DNA from: Torpedo marmorata
Taxonomy: Eukaryota
DNA length: 64,000 bases
NCBI GenBank assembly: GCA_977017645.1
Contig: OZ360222.1
Location: 133,672,001-133,736,000, forward strand
Reading direction: 5' to 3'
Of the stretch, positions 24,814-37,370 are shown piece after piece; within the stretch, counting starts at the first letter, position 1, and each line of letters opens with the position of its first letter. The position numbers and the translations under genes are program-made. The notes below the pieces were generated by a model. That model saw nothing but the letters and a program-made list of their open reading frames with translations. It ran no database searches and was not told the origin of the DNA.

Positions 24814-26052
24814 GTGAGTAATTGTGCTTTATGACTGAAAAATGACAGCTCGTCAGCGAGGTGGTTAAAGTGAATGCACTTAAACTAATTAGGTTTTGGG
24901 AATGCACTGTTTTATGCAGACAGATTTGCTGCTGTGATACAGACATGATTCATTACTTGTGCGCTTCAGGTGAGGGGAAGATGGGTGGTTAAATGCCAAC
25001 CCAAGCAGTCCTGCCACAAAGCATCGCTTCACTATTGCATTTGCAAGCAGTTTCTCACTGCCTGGGTTTCTATTGAAATAAGTTGAGCCACAAATTTGAA
25101 TTTCGAAAGGGACGCCATTCTAATTTTGTTCTGCAATGTGGCGAGAACTAATTTCTGCCAAATTGAACTCTCATTGAATATAGATTTTTATTCTCAATCT
25201 GCTTCTTCCATTTACCTGATTTGATTGACGCCACTCCAACTTTCTGAAACTTGTAATGACGCATGGAGGCCATTTGGCCTGCTCGGTCCATGCTGGCCTC
25301 TGGAGGAGCAATCCTGTTTACCTGCTCCTCTCTGATCCACTCTTTGCACAGTTAATCTTGCATGTCGTCAGTCGGTTAAGGTAATGAGCAGTTTGTTCAG
25401 TCAGCACCCAAATATTGTTTCCTCAGTTTGCACATTCATCAACTTGCCACACAAACCTTTTGAAGGTACAAACATTTATATTAAAAAAAATAAAAAAAAG
25501 GGAGGCAATTTCATCTAACAGCAGATGCTGCTCGAGTTATTCCTCTGGCAAACCATGGCCCAGTATCTGATTTCGGTGTTCCGATTGTTTAGGTTTTCTT
25601 CTGTTTTGTTTTTCTGAAGCCTTGGCAAAATAAGTATTTTAACTGCGACTCTGCCAGATCTAATAGCAATCCATTTTATTACTCGGTACGAGACCTGTGG
25701 CTGAGAGCAACGCAAATTACATAAGTGAATGCAGATGTGCTCTTGTTCCCAGTGTTCTTGGCTGGACAGCAAAATATCTGCTTTCACTCAATTCTTCCTG
25801 TAACTAGCTTTAAAGGACTACCTCCCTATGCGCACATCTGTCAGAAAGTATTTAGCAAAGCTGATGGTGAAAGCCTAGAATCCATTCAGTAGGGGTAACA
25901 ACCTATTTGACAAACATTAAATGACTTCCTACACTTTAATCAGGAGCCGATTAACAAGTCACCACCTTGGGCACCAGTACAATGCAAGTTTGAGGGTTGA
26001 ACAAAATCTCTCCCGACAGTTATTAAATTCTTTTTAATATTTTCCTCTCTAG

Positions 26053-26080
26053 ATACAAATGACTGCAATCCGCACCCGTG
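26053..26080 (+). CDS. JAG1: Jagged-1 exon 19 (28-nt micro-exon, start of EGF15)
   Basis: ctctag|AT...GTG|gtgagt; TNDCNPHP; the phase joins exons 18 and 20. Confidence 0.94.
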
Positions 26081-26160
26081 GTGAGTGAGATCCTGTTTTA
26101 AACACTTTTTGGGTTTTGGATTTATGACGGTGGTCTCTGTATCTAATGCTAATTTTCTAA

Positions 26161-26262
<102 letters not shown>

Positions 26263-26394
26263 TAAGCTTTGGCATTGCTGTACTGCTTTTCCAGAATGTT
26301 CTTAATTACTGATTCCTGCTAAACTATTGCCCAAGAGTAGGACTGTGTGAGAACCCATCAACCTTAGACCCTCCTACCTGTATCACATTTACAA

Positions 26395-26765
26395 AGATAA
26401 AATGTTGGGCAGTCTCCAACCAGACGGCATTAACATTGACTTCTCCAATTTCCATTAACCCCCTCCCCTGAGTCTCACTCTTCCCTACCCCTTTGTCTTT
26501 CCTCCAGCTCCCCACCCCCTTCCCTCTCCAATCTCCAATCAGAGAGCAACACTCTCTCCCTGTCAATTCTCAGCTTTTTTTTCTCTTCTACCCTCCCACC
26601 TATAACCTCTTGTTTGTTAGCCTTTGCTCCTCCCTCTGCCCTTTCCTCTGTCTCCTCTCCTTCCTCCCATCCCCTCCATCTTTCTGTTCAGGTGCCTTTG
26701 GGTACCCATTACTTCCCATGGATGATGTGTGAATGCTGAGTTTCTCCAGCACTTTTGTGTATGCG
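26395..26765 (+). mobile_element. Penelope-like element 3' end, with the hammerhead segment missing
   Basis: CAGACGGCATTAACATTGACTTCTCC, CT-rich tract, GCTGAGTTTCTCCAGCACTTTTGTG. Confidence 0.75.
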
Positions 26766-27189
26766 ACATTTACAAAGAGTTCTCACTCACTCACACACAC
26801 AACTGGCTTGATGTTGAGCTTATTCGGTATTTATGCACATTCTGACCAGTTATTTGGCCTGTATGCTTGTTTCCGAGCGTCTGCAGGCTCTCTTGCCTTT
26901 GGCCTCTTCAGTTAGTTTCCTCTTGTGCTGTGAATGAACAATAGGGCAGTGCAGGAGACCAGGTATCTGACACTTCTGTCATTAGGGCATCTCCTTGACC
27001 AATGAAATTTAAGCATTAGAAGTAAATGGTGCAGAAGAGTTAAAAGGTGAGAGGAAGACTTTGGTCAAGAGAAGGGGCAGGAGGAGGTCGATCAGTTTAG
27101 GGTGGGTACGTGAAATAAATCAAAACTCGAGTAATCTTTTCTGTACCAGTACTTAACAGAAACTTAGCCCAGAATTACTATTTTTATTA

Positions 27190-27810
27190 AGAAATAGAAG
27201 TCAGCCATTTGGCTATCTCATCTGTACCATTCAATAAGATCATGGCTGATTTTTGTTTCAACCTTGCTGCTTAGGCATGCTAATTCAATATTCCTTAATA
27301 TTCAAAACTAATCTTTTTGAATGCACTCAGTGACTGGGCCTCACAACCCTCTTGGGTTCAGAATTCGAAATAAATTTCCTTTCAACCCTGACCTTAGTGG
27401 CCAATCTCTTACTTTGAGTCTAAGCGCCCTAGCCAAAGGAAGCATCTCTGCATTTGCTGTCAAGAAAAATGTGTACATTTCATTATCTCCCCATATTCTT
27501 CTCAACGCTTGTCGAGTCAGTATAATATCTCCTGCGGGCAATTGCTTCTGGCCATCCTTGCCTTACCCTGACCATCCCGTTCCAATCCCAGGAATCAAAC
27601 TGGTGAACCTTTATGCACTATCACAAGTACATCTGTGGGTAGGGAGGCTGGACCCATACACAATATATAAGGCTCTGTGAAGTGAAGTATCTTGCTCTTG
27701 AACTCAAGCCTTCTGCAATAAAGGCCAATGTACTGTTTGCCTTCCTAATTGTTTCCTGTAGCTGCACATTAACTTTTAGTGACTAGCATGCAAGGACATG
27801 GGTCTCTGAA
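27190..27810 (-). mobile_element. Degraded CR1 3' part
   Basis: CATTCAATAAGATCATGGCTGAT, ATCCCAGGAATCAAACTGGTGAACC, GCAATAAAGGCCAATGTACTGTTTGCCTTCC. Confidence 0.7.
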
Positions 27811-27823
27811 CACCATCACCTTT

Positions 27824-28660
27824 TCGATTCAAGATTATTTTTTATGGTCATGTAGTAAAACAGAAAATGTAATATTACACCAAATTTCCTTCAGTATGCC
27901 GTAAGGCAGACCGTCCCCATTGATATTGCCTGGCGCCCCTTACAGTAAGAGAGAAAGAGAAGCAAAAGAGTCCCTTCAGAGTCACTGAGTGTCCGTGGAT
28001 TCACCTCCAGCATTCCCGCAGCTACACAGACTCCAGCTCTATCTGTTGGCAACCCAAGCTCCAGATCCAAACCTCTGATATGATCAGGAAGCCTTCAGCA
28101 TCCAGAGCCCTTCTTGCCCTCAGCACCCTCTGAAATCCCAGTTCCGATAACTGGCTCTTTTGAGCCATTCACCAGCAGCCCACAGCCTGTGTTGGGTCCT
28201 TAGACTGCAAATCGCCCACAGCCTGTGTGGGTCTTTCAGCTGCTGAGCTCCTGGCTGGTCCACTGCCGTGATCACCGTCCTTTAGGGTAGTCTCTTATCT
28301 TGTCCTTCTCAATGGGGGTTGGTTCTCCCCGTTTCTGGTGCCCTGCGCTGGTCCGCTGCTCCCCCAGAGTCTGCAACCCTTGTATGCTGTCCAGCACAGG
28401 ACCTGCCATATGCTGTCCAGCACAGGACCTGCCATATGCTGTCCAGCACAGGACCTGCCATCTTGGGCACTGACCCCGTAATTGGAGGATTTTAAATAAA
28501 AACACCATCAGTTCCTTTAACAGGTCATTTAAAGCCTGTACTGGGCAATTGGTATTAATTGGTACTGGGCAGTTGGACCCTGCGGAAGAGTGCTGTGACT
28601 CTGCTCCCCGCTCTCCCTGGGTCCTCACCAGCGGCAGGGCTGGCATTAATTACAGCAGCT
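27824..28660 (-). mobile_element. GC-rich non-coding retroposon (YY1-motif, Rex1-like tail family)
   Basis: Collinear with 35746-36520 and reverse-complementary to 28872-29696; tail ATAATCTTGAATC. Confidence 0.75.
28383..28460. repeat. Three perfect 26-bp tandem repeats TATGCTGTCCAGCACAGGACCTGCCA
   Basis: Units at 28383, 28409 and 28435. Confidence 0.95.
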
Positions 28661-28739
28661 CCAGCAGCACTGCTATTTTTCTCACCATTTAAACAAAATG
28701 CTTTACTACTGTTTACTGAGTGAACAACTTCACACTTTT

Positions 28740-28868
28740 CCACTTTAGTACTACGAAACAACCAAGAGCGAGTACATTGTGGATTGGTAATGGGAAAAGC
28801 CAGAGTGGCTCCATTAAAGCAAGTCACCATACCTCGTATGGAATTGACTGCCGCTACTATGGCGAGCA
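28740..28868 (+). mobile_element. BEL/Pao LTR retrotransposon RNase H fragment (continues at 29697-29723 and 31338-31358)
   Basis: VHCGLVMGKARVAPLKQVTIPRMELTAA matches the BEL/Pao K-x-RVAP...TIPRLEL-x-AA motif. Confidence 0.8.
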
Positions 28869-28871
28869 ATG

Positions 28872-29696
28872 AAGATGGCGCCGCTGTAGCAGCAGCGCTG
28901 CCACTGGTGTGGACCCGCGAGGAGCGTGGGAGCGGAGATACAGCGCTCCCGCGGGGTCCAGCCGCCCAGTCGACTGCCGTCAGTTCCGCAGGGGCTTTGA
29001 ACGGCCCGTTAAAGGAGCCGATGGTGGTTTTATTTGAGATCCCGCGACTGCAGGGTCTGCGCCCAAGATGGCAGCGCCTATTAATTGGCAGCAGCCACGA
29101 GGGGCTGCAGACTCCGGGGAAGCGGGGGACTGGAGCAGGGCACCAGTGGACGGGAAGATCACCCCCGTCTGAGAAGGAGAAGCGGAGGAGACGACCCACG
29201 GGACGGTGAGCACAGCAGCGGACCGGTGAGGGCTCTGAGGCTGAAGGACCAGTGCAAGCGGTGGGCTGCTGGCGACTCGAGGCGAGGAACCCGCGGAGGC
29301 TGTGGGCTGCTGGAGACTGCTGTCGGGGGACTCACGACGGGCTGCGGACTGCTGGAGGTTGGCTCGAACTGGCTGGAGGAGTACCAGGTATCGGAACCGG
29401 GATGTGAGGGGGTGCCGAGGGCGACCTGACCGTGTTGGAGTTTCGGATCTGGAGCTCGGGATGCCGATCGTTTGGACTGGACTCTGTGGCTGCGGAAGCG
29501 CTGGAGGCGAATCTATGGACACTCGGTGACTCTGGGGGGGACTCTCTTTTGCTTCTCTTTCTCTGACTGTAAGGAATGTTAGAGGCGCTTAGGCAATTTC
29601 TGCCGATGGCGAATCTGTCTGCCTTGCAGCAGGCAAAAAGAAATTTTGTGGTATATGACACTGTCTTATTGCTGTGACAATAAATTGAATCTTGAA
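28872..29696 (+). mobile_element. GC-rich non-coding retroposon (YY1-motif head, Rex1-like tail)
   Basis: Begins AAGATGGCGCCG, ends GTGACAATAAATTGAATCTTGA; flanked by AATG at 28868-28871 and 29697-29700. Confidence 0.8.
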
Positions 29697-29723
29697 AATG
29701 GACACTATGTTAAGAGAATTACA

Positions 29724-31325
29724 TTGCACCAATCTATATCTAACATTAATAATCTTCGTCATACTTTGTTTACATAATTTTTTACAGTGTTCTTCATCTA
29801 TTGTTACATTCAAATCTTTTTCCCAATTTAATCTTGATTTATGAATTCCTGTTTTAGGAAGTTTCCTCTGTAACAATCTGTACATTTGAGAAATAAATTT
29901 AGGCACACCTCCATTAGTAACTATTAATTCCAATTCAGTCTGTCTTGGTAAGGTCAAACCATGACCCAACCTTTCAACTAAAAATGCCCTAATTTGATAG
30001 TAAGCAAAGATTGTATTATTTGCTACACTAAACGTCTTTCATTCTCTGAAACGTAATAAATTTACCAGCTTCAAAACAATCATTTATTTCCCTAATACCC
30101 TTTTGGAACCAGATTTTAAATAATTGATTATCAACGGTAAATGGGATAAGTTTATTTTGATACAGAGGCATTCTTCGAGAAATTGATCCTTTCGCTCCTA
30201 TTTCTCTATCCACTCTATTCCATATTTCTAACAAATGCCTAAAAATAGGAGAATTTTTCCCTCTAATTAATAATAATTTAGAATTCCATTTATAAATGAC
30301 TTCTTCTTTCAAATCCTCTCCTATATTATTTAATTCTATTCTCATCCAAGCAGAGAGTTTCCCTTAATCAAACAATTCGTTAATAAATTTTAGTTGGGCT
30401 GCTTTATAATAATATTGAAAATTAGGAAGCTTTAGACCACCCATTTCATAATTCCAGGTTAATTTCTCCAATCCTACTCCAGCCAACTTTCCTTTCCACA
30501 AAAATGTCCTAATAATTAAATTTAAATCCTTAAAAAACTTCTGAGGGATTTCATAGGGAATTGATTGAAAAAGATATTGAATTCTCGGAAAAACATTCAT
30601 TTTAATACAATTTACCCTTCCCATTAGAGTTATAGGTAAATCCTTACAACTCTCCAGATCTTTTTTTATATTCACAAATAATGGTAAATAATTTAATTTA
30701 TAAGGTTCCTTTGTACACTCCACATGGTTTTGTCCAAAAGTGTATGATTTTTGGTTGAAGGTTAAAAAGTTTTTGGATAGGGTATTGGGAGTTACACTCC
30801 CAATGGATCCTATGATATTTTTGTTTGGAGATATTGAAGGAACCAGTGTTAAAGTGAAATTAAATATGTATCAGACAGAATTTTTGCGTATTGCTTTAGC
30901 CGTTTCTAAGAAATGTATTGCCATTACATGGAAGTGGGATGTAGATTTAGGGTTGGAAAGATGGCATGCAGAATTGCGTTCATGTATACCACTCGAAAAA
31001 ATTACATATAATTTACGTGATAAGTATCATTTATTTTTGAAAGTATGGAGCCCATATATAAAAACTGTTGGTTTAAGGATTTGAAGATCTCTGGACATCG
31101 GGTCTGGCTGGCGAACCTATCCTCCACAATAAAATCAGTTTATAGTTGTTCTTTTTAGATTGACATTCTCCTTACTCTATCCTTTTCTTCCTCTTTCTTT
31201 CTTTTCGGGAGGGTGAGGGAGGGAGGGGGGGTGAAAATGTATCACATGTAATTTGAGAAATTAGCATTTTAAACTGTGTACTGTGTGATTTAAAAATTTT
31301 AAATAAAATATTTTAAAAAAAAAAG
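29724..31325. mobile_element. L1 with 5' inversion (twin priming): 29724-30703 antisense, 30703-31325 sense plus poly(A)
   Basis: ORF2 pieces on opposite strands; TSD AAGAGAATTACA at 29712-29723 and 31326-31337. Confidence 0.92.
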
Positions 31326-31849
31326 AAGAGAATTACAGATGGAGTTAGCAAATGCTGAGTTGGAGATAATTCGTTGATTAAGCGTATAAACATTTTACAT
31401 AGTTTCACAATAAAACTTCCATACAGTTGAATAATAAAGCATTTACGGTATTTAAGAGATATAAAAACATTTAAAGAGATGCAAACAATTCAAAGAAAAA
31501 TTTCTCGTGCTTACGCATCTTCACATCTCGTAGACTGAAAAAACAAGCCGTTTATGAAGACTATCCAAACGAGTGCTTTTGCTTTATGCTCCATCTTTTT
31601 ACAGTTCCGAGTTTAAAAAAAAATAAATAAAATAAATTATGCTCTGGTAAGTTGACTATATCTGGCGAACTATTGAATCATATTGAATCATTTAAAATAA
31701 AGTCTCATTTAATTATTCTTTACTCCTCACTGCCTCCACCTCCAAAAAAAACACCTTCCTCAACTTGCTGGAAATGTAATGGTTTACTAACCATTAAGAC
31801 TCAACAAAGGCTGCATAGATCCTATTGAATGTATGTGCAATACGTCCAG

Positions 31850-34260
31850 CCTCCCCCAGGGAAAAGATCAAGGTTATTTTTCCTTCAGGGTCTGTTACAT
31901 TTTTTATCTTGTCTACAAATTGATTTACTGTTAGCAATAATTAGCTTGCAAGTTGCAGATATGCAGTTCATGGCAAAAGCTACAGGGTTGTTGTCGTGGG
32001 AGACTTTAATTGCCCCAATATTGACTGGGATGTTGTTGGCACTACAGGCTGAGATGGGGCAGAATTTAAGTGTGTGCAGGAAGGTTTCTTGAAGCAGCAT
32101 TTAGACAACCCAACCAGGAAGGGGGCCATACTAGACCTTGTATTGGCAAATGAACCCTGCCAGGTGATTGGAGTCTCAGTGCGGGAGCATTTGGGAATAC
32201 TCTTGTGTTTCAAGATAGTTATGAACAAGTCTAGGCTTAGGCCTTGGAGAAAAGTATTAAATTGGAGGAGAAATTATGACCTTATTAGACAGGTGCTAGG
32301 GGGAGTAAACTGGGGGTAGCTGTTATCAAGCAAGCTCACAACTGACCTGCGGGAGTTGTTTAGGGACCAACTGATTGGTTCTAGTCCGAAGGAAGGCAAG
32401 GTAAGAGAACGAGAGGGGTCGTGAATTTAGTCGAGAAGAGAAAGGAGGTGTATGTCAGGTTCAAGAAGCTACAATCAGAGAGGGCCCTGGAGGAATATAA
32501 AGATTGCAGGAAAGGAAGGCTAAAAGGGCCATGAGATTACCTTATTGAGCAGGATTATTAAAAATCCCAAGGCATTTTAAGCTTGGATTATAAACAAGAG
32601 GATGATGGAGAGGATAGGACCGTTCAAAGGCAAAGGAGGGAATTTATGCGTGGAGTCAGGAAGTGGGTGAGGTACCAAACTAGTACTTTGCATCTGTGTT
32701 TACCAAGGAGAAGGATGTGGACAGTGATGAGCACATAGGGAGAACACTCATGCATTAGGGCATATTGAGATCAAGAAAGAGGTAGTATTGGATATTTGAG
32801 GAGCATTAAGGTGAACAAGATCCCTGGGCCTGATGGGATATCTTCTAGGTTATTGAAAGAGGCAAGTGAAGAGATTGCTGGGGCTTGACAAAGATCTTTG
32901 CATCCTCACTATTGACAGTAGAGGTCCCAGAGGACTGGAGAATGCTATACCTTTTTTAAGAAGGGAAAATGGGATAATTAAGGAATTAATAGACCAGTAA
33001 GCCTCGTATCAGTGATAGGGAAACAATTGGAAAGGATACTTAGGAATAGGATTTATGCACATTTGAAAAATCAAGGTCAGATTAGGGACAGTCAACATGG
33101 CAAATCTTAGTGGATGTGTCAACATGAACTTTAGTAAGGTGTTTGACAAGGTTCCTCATGGTAGGCTGATTGAGAAGGGTCAGATGCATGAGATCCATGG
33201 CGAGTTGATAAATTTGGATACAAAATTAGCTGGCCCATAGACAGGTTAGTGGCCGAACGGTGTTATTCAGACTGAACAGTGGTGTTGTGCAGGGAGCAAT
33301 GTTGGGACCCCTGTTGTTTCTGATGTATATAAATAACTTGGATGAAAAATTAGATGGGTGGGTTAGTAAGTTTGCAGATACAAAGGTTGGTGGAGTTGTG
33401 GACAGTGCAGAGGGCTACGAAAGAATACAACAGGATATAAATTAGTTAAAGATATGGGCAGATGGAGTTTAATGCAGAGAAAGTTGGGGTGTTGTGCTTT
33501 GGGAGGTTCAAATGCAAGGTTAATGGTAGGGCTCTTAAAAGTATTGATGTTCAGAGGGATCTGGGGATCCAGGTCCATAGCTTCTTAAAAGTGGCCATGC
33601 AAATAGATAGGGTGGTAAAGAAGGAACCTATGCCTGCCTTCATTGGAGTGAGACATTAAGTATAAAAGTTCAAAGGTCATGTTGCAGCTGTATACAACTT
33701 TGGTCAGGCTGCACTTGGAATGCTGTATGGAATTCTTATTGCCCCATTGCTGAAAGGATGTGAAGGCCTTGGAAAGGGTACAGAAGATATTTACCAGGGT
33801 AAAGCCTGGTTTAGAGGGTATGAGTTATGGAGAGAGATTGGACAAACTTAGGTTGTTTTCTCTGGAGCGTCGGAGGCTGAAAGGCAACCTGATGGAGATT
33901 TTTAAAATCATGAGAGGTATTGATAAGTTGGACAGTCAGAATCTTTCCCCCAGGGCAAAAATGTCACGTACTAGAGGGCAGGAATTTAAGGTGAGTGGGA
34001 GGAAGTTTTAAGGGAGATGTACAGGGCATATATTTTGTACAGAGAGTGGAGGTGCCTGGAATGTCAGGCAGAGTGGTGGAAGCAGATACAATCGTAGTGT
34101 TTAAGAGGCTTCTAGATAGACATGTGAATATGAGGAGGATGGAGGGATATCAGGTGCAAATAGCAGAGTTTTATTTTGATTTGGACATCATGTTCAGCAC
34201 AGACGTGGCCAATAGGGCCTGTTCTTGTGCTGAACAGTTCTATGGTCATTGTTCTATCAA
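31850..34260 (+). mobile_element. Old CR1 LINE (end of endonuclease to 3' end), heavily degraded
   Basis: PTRKGAILDLVL, GAMLGPLLF, WVSKFADTK, LFSLERRRLKG, TRGQEFKV; 3' GGGCCTGTTCTTGTGCTG. Confidence 0.88.
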
Positions 34261-34632
34261 ATCTATTTGAAGCATTGTAAGATTAAATAAAATCTTGCAA
34301 CAGGGAAACTTTCAAGTCAATGTTAATTTGGACAAAGTTTAATGATTGTATCCTTCCAGAAATGTTGCTTGATTACTTTGATTTCAGAGTTTTAACATCT
34401 TCCTATGGTTGGAACGTTAACTAATCTATGTGGAAGCACTCAGCAAATTAAGCAGCAGATTTTAAGTTTTCTGAACTGCATCCTTTAGTTTTTCTTCATA
34501 GATGCTTCCTGATCTGAGCATTTTGTTTAATTTCATAATTCCAGCATGTTCTGCTCTTTAAATTTCACTTAATTGCGTTGTACGTTGGTTTGTAAGTGCC
34601 TTTTTATCATAGTGCAACAACTGCATTTTCAG

Positions 34633-34746
34633 ACATCAACGAATGCCAGTCTTCACCTTGCGCCTATGGAGCCACGTGCGTGGATGAAATCAATGGTTTT
34701 CGATGTAATTGCCCACCTGGACAAAGCGGCTTAAGGTGTCAAGAAG
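34633..34746 (+). CDS. JAG1: Jagged-1 exon 21 (EGF16)
   Basis: tttcag|AC...GAAG|gtaaat; 114 nt; [37 protein letters not shown]. Confidence 0.96.
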
Positions 34747-35336
34747 GTAAATCATGAATCTTCAATGGTACACACAATGTCATTAATTAGTGATCAATGC
34801 AAAGGAGGCGATAACTTTTTCAATTGCTTTAATGTAGATGAAAGCCATTTTCTTGGATAATCAATGAATTTAAGGTGGTTGCCTTGGTTACAACAGTGTC
34901 TGCATACAAAGACGAGTGGAACTTTTTCCTGGCCTCCTTTGATCAGCTCCTGCCTCCTTTTTTAAAAAAAAACATGTTGTGGTCCAAAAAACCACATGAG
35001 AATATCAAAACAAAAAACTGAGTGTTTGAAACAAGGCAAGAGATAGGATGCAGATCTGCTCTAATCTCATGGAATAATAGAACAGCACAAAAGACTGGCC
35101 AATGCCTGTTGTTAGACTTTTCCACAGCTCTTTCTGAATAATATTACATCTTCTAACCTCGCTGCTGTTGTGTTACTTCTGCAGTGAAGCTGGTTTTTAA
35201 TTCAGTCATAACAGAATGTTTACCTTGTGTCATGATGTATTGGTTAGCAGTTGGACTACTGATTCTCGATGTGCAGAGCACGCGAACCCTTATCCTTTCT
35301 CAGTCGTTGATTGAATCTCCCCCTTGCTTTCTGCAG

Positions 35337-35446
35337 TCACGGGAAGAGCTTGCATTCTGAAAGATAGTGTCGTGTCACATGGAGCCAAATGGGAAGAAGA
35401 CTGCAATGGGTGTCAGTGTCACAATGGCAGAGTTGCATGTACAAAG
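35337..35446 (+). CDS. JAG1: Jagged-1 exon 22 (vWC-like Cys-rich domain)
   Basis: ctgcag|TC...AAG|gtacga; 110 nt; [36 protein letters not shown]. Confidence 0.95.
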
Positions 35447-35745
35447 GTACGATAACTGATTTGAGTACGGGAAAATGAAACTAGTAAAGATTGTATGGAA
35501 AAGGAAGCTAAAAATGAGGCTGGCAGGAGGGGGTACAGAGGAAAGGAGATTTTTAGATTTATCCACTTTTCAAGCTTGCTGTTTATTTGAATTCTTGCAA
35601 TTCGTTTGGGATAAGAAACTGGATTTAGTAACGTAAACCAAGAAAGCTGTGCAGCGGTAATACTCCAGTAAGTGTTACAGCAGGAATACAGATTAGAAAC
35701 AGTAGACCACTCATCTTTCATTTGCCCTGCCATTCAGTGAGATCA

Positions 35746-36524
35746 AATACTATTTATGTAATAAAACAGAAATGTAATATTACAGGAAATAGCCTTTAAT
35801 CTGCCATAAAGCAGACAAAGATTCACCATTAGCAATGCCCCATACAGTGAGACAGTGAGAGAAAGAAAAACAAAAGAGAGTTTCCCCCCCCCCCCCTCTC
35901 CAGAGTCACTGAGTGTCCGTGGATTCGCCTCCAGCGCTCCCGTGGCCCCTGCAGCAACACAAGACTCCAATTCACTTCAAACCATCGGCAACCCGAGCCC
36001 AGATCCAAACCTTCGACATAATGAGGAAGCCTTCAGCGCCCAGGGCGCTTCGGGAGCCCTTCTTGCCCTCAGCACCCTCTTGAATCCCGGTTCTGATACC
36101 TGGTTCTCATGAGCCAGTCTCCAGCAGCCCACAGCCTGGCGTGTGTCCTTTAACTTCGTCGTTAGCAGCCCGCAGTCTGTGAGGGTTACTCGCCCACAAG
36201 TCGCCAACAGCTTGCCGCCTGTGTGTCCTTCAGCCACAGAGCCCCTCGCTGGTACGCCACCGTTGGCATCGTCCTTGGGCTAGTATCCTCTGCTTCACTT
36301 CTCAACAGGGGGTGTTCTCCCTGTTACTAGTGCCCTGTGCCAGTCCTCTGCTCCCCAGAGTCTGCAACTCCTCGTGGCCACTGCTGAACACAGGCGCCGC
36401 CATCTTGGGCACAGACCCTGCGGTCGCAGAATTTTAAATAAAACACCGTCGACTCCTTTAACAGGCCGTTTCCACTCCCTACTCTCCTTGGGTCCGCACC
36501 AGCGGCAGCGCCACCATTTGTTTT
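35746..36524 (-). mobile_element. GC-rich non-coding retroposon (same family), inserted in a CR1 3' end
   Basis: Contains CGCCGCCATCTT (YY1 motif on - strand); flanked by AGATCA at 35740-35745 and 36525-36530. Confidence 0.78.
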
Positions 36525-37370
36525 AGATCATGGCGAATCTGATGGTAACCTCAATTCCATGTTGCTTCCCACACATGGTCACCCTTCAGCCGCTTGCCTA
36601 TCAAATATCTGCCTCTCTACCTTAAAAAAATTAGTCAAGGACTGCTTCCACCACACTTTGAAGAGAATTCAAAAACATAACCTTTGGGAAATTCCACCTT
36701 GTCTTAAATGGGCAATCTCTTATTTTCAAATAGTAATCTTTAGTTCTAGGAAACATTCCCTCCATATCACCCTGCCAGGCCCCTCACGATGTTCTTTCAA
36801 TTGGGTCCCCTCTCTGTATAAGCATCAGTGGATGAGCCGTCTGCGCAGCCTATCTTCCTCAGCACATTCCCGAGTCCAGGAAGACTTCACTGAATTATTT
36901 CCAAACAAGAACATTTCTTAAGAAGACCAACTGTGTACGCAGTACTCCAGATGTGGCCTCGCCAATTCCCTATGTAATTGTAACATAACCTCCCTACTTT
37001 TGTAATCAACTCCTCTCACAACAGACACATTCTGTTGGCCTTGATTGTTCCCTGTATGTACATGATTGCTTTTCATGAATCATCCATTAGGGTACTTGGA
37101 TCTCTCTTCATCTCTGCTCTACAATCTCACTATTTGGTTAATAAACTTGTTTTTGTTGCCAAATTGAACAATTTCACCCTCCCCCACATTGTACTCCATT
37201 TGCCAGATCATCACCCACTCAGTTAACTTGACATAACCTTGCATTTATAATTGTATGCATCCTCAATGAATTTAACAACTAGACCGTCAGTGTTTTCAGA
37301 TTATTTCTATAAATTGACTAAAGGAATTAAGGCCCCAGCCTGTGGCATGCCATTTTGCATGTTGCCAACC
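36525..37370 (-). mobile_element. Degraded CR1 3' part (its tip lies at about 35680-35745)
   Basis: AGATCATGGCGAATCTG, CAGTACTCCAGATGTGGCCTC, GTACTCCATTTGCCAG. Confidence 0.65.

Noticed and set aside
28383-28460. CRISPR-like array
   Set aside because: The repeats are directly adjacent with no spacers, and the context is eukaryotic
28555-29661. Several overlapping 100-214 aa ORFs as a novel gene
   Set aside because: They arise from a GC-rich repeat with few stop codons; the frames are not shared between sister copies
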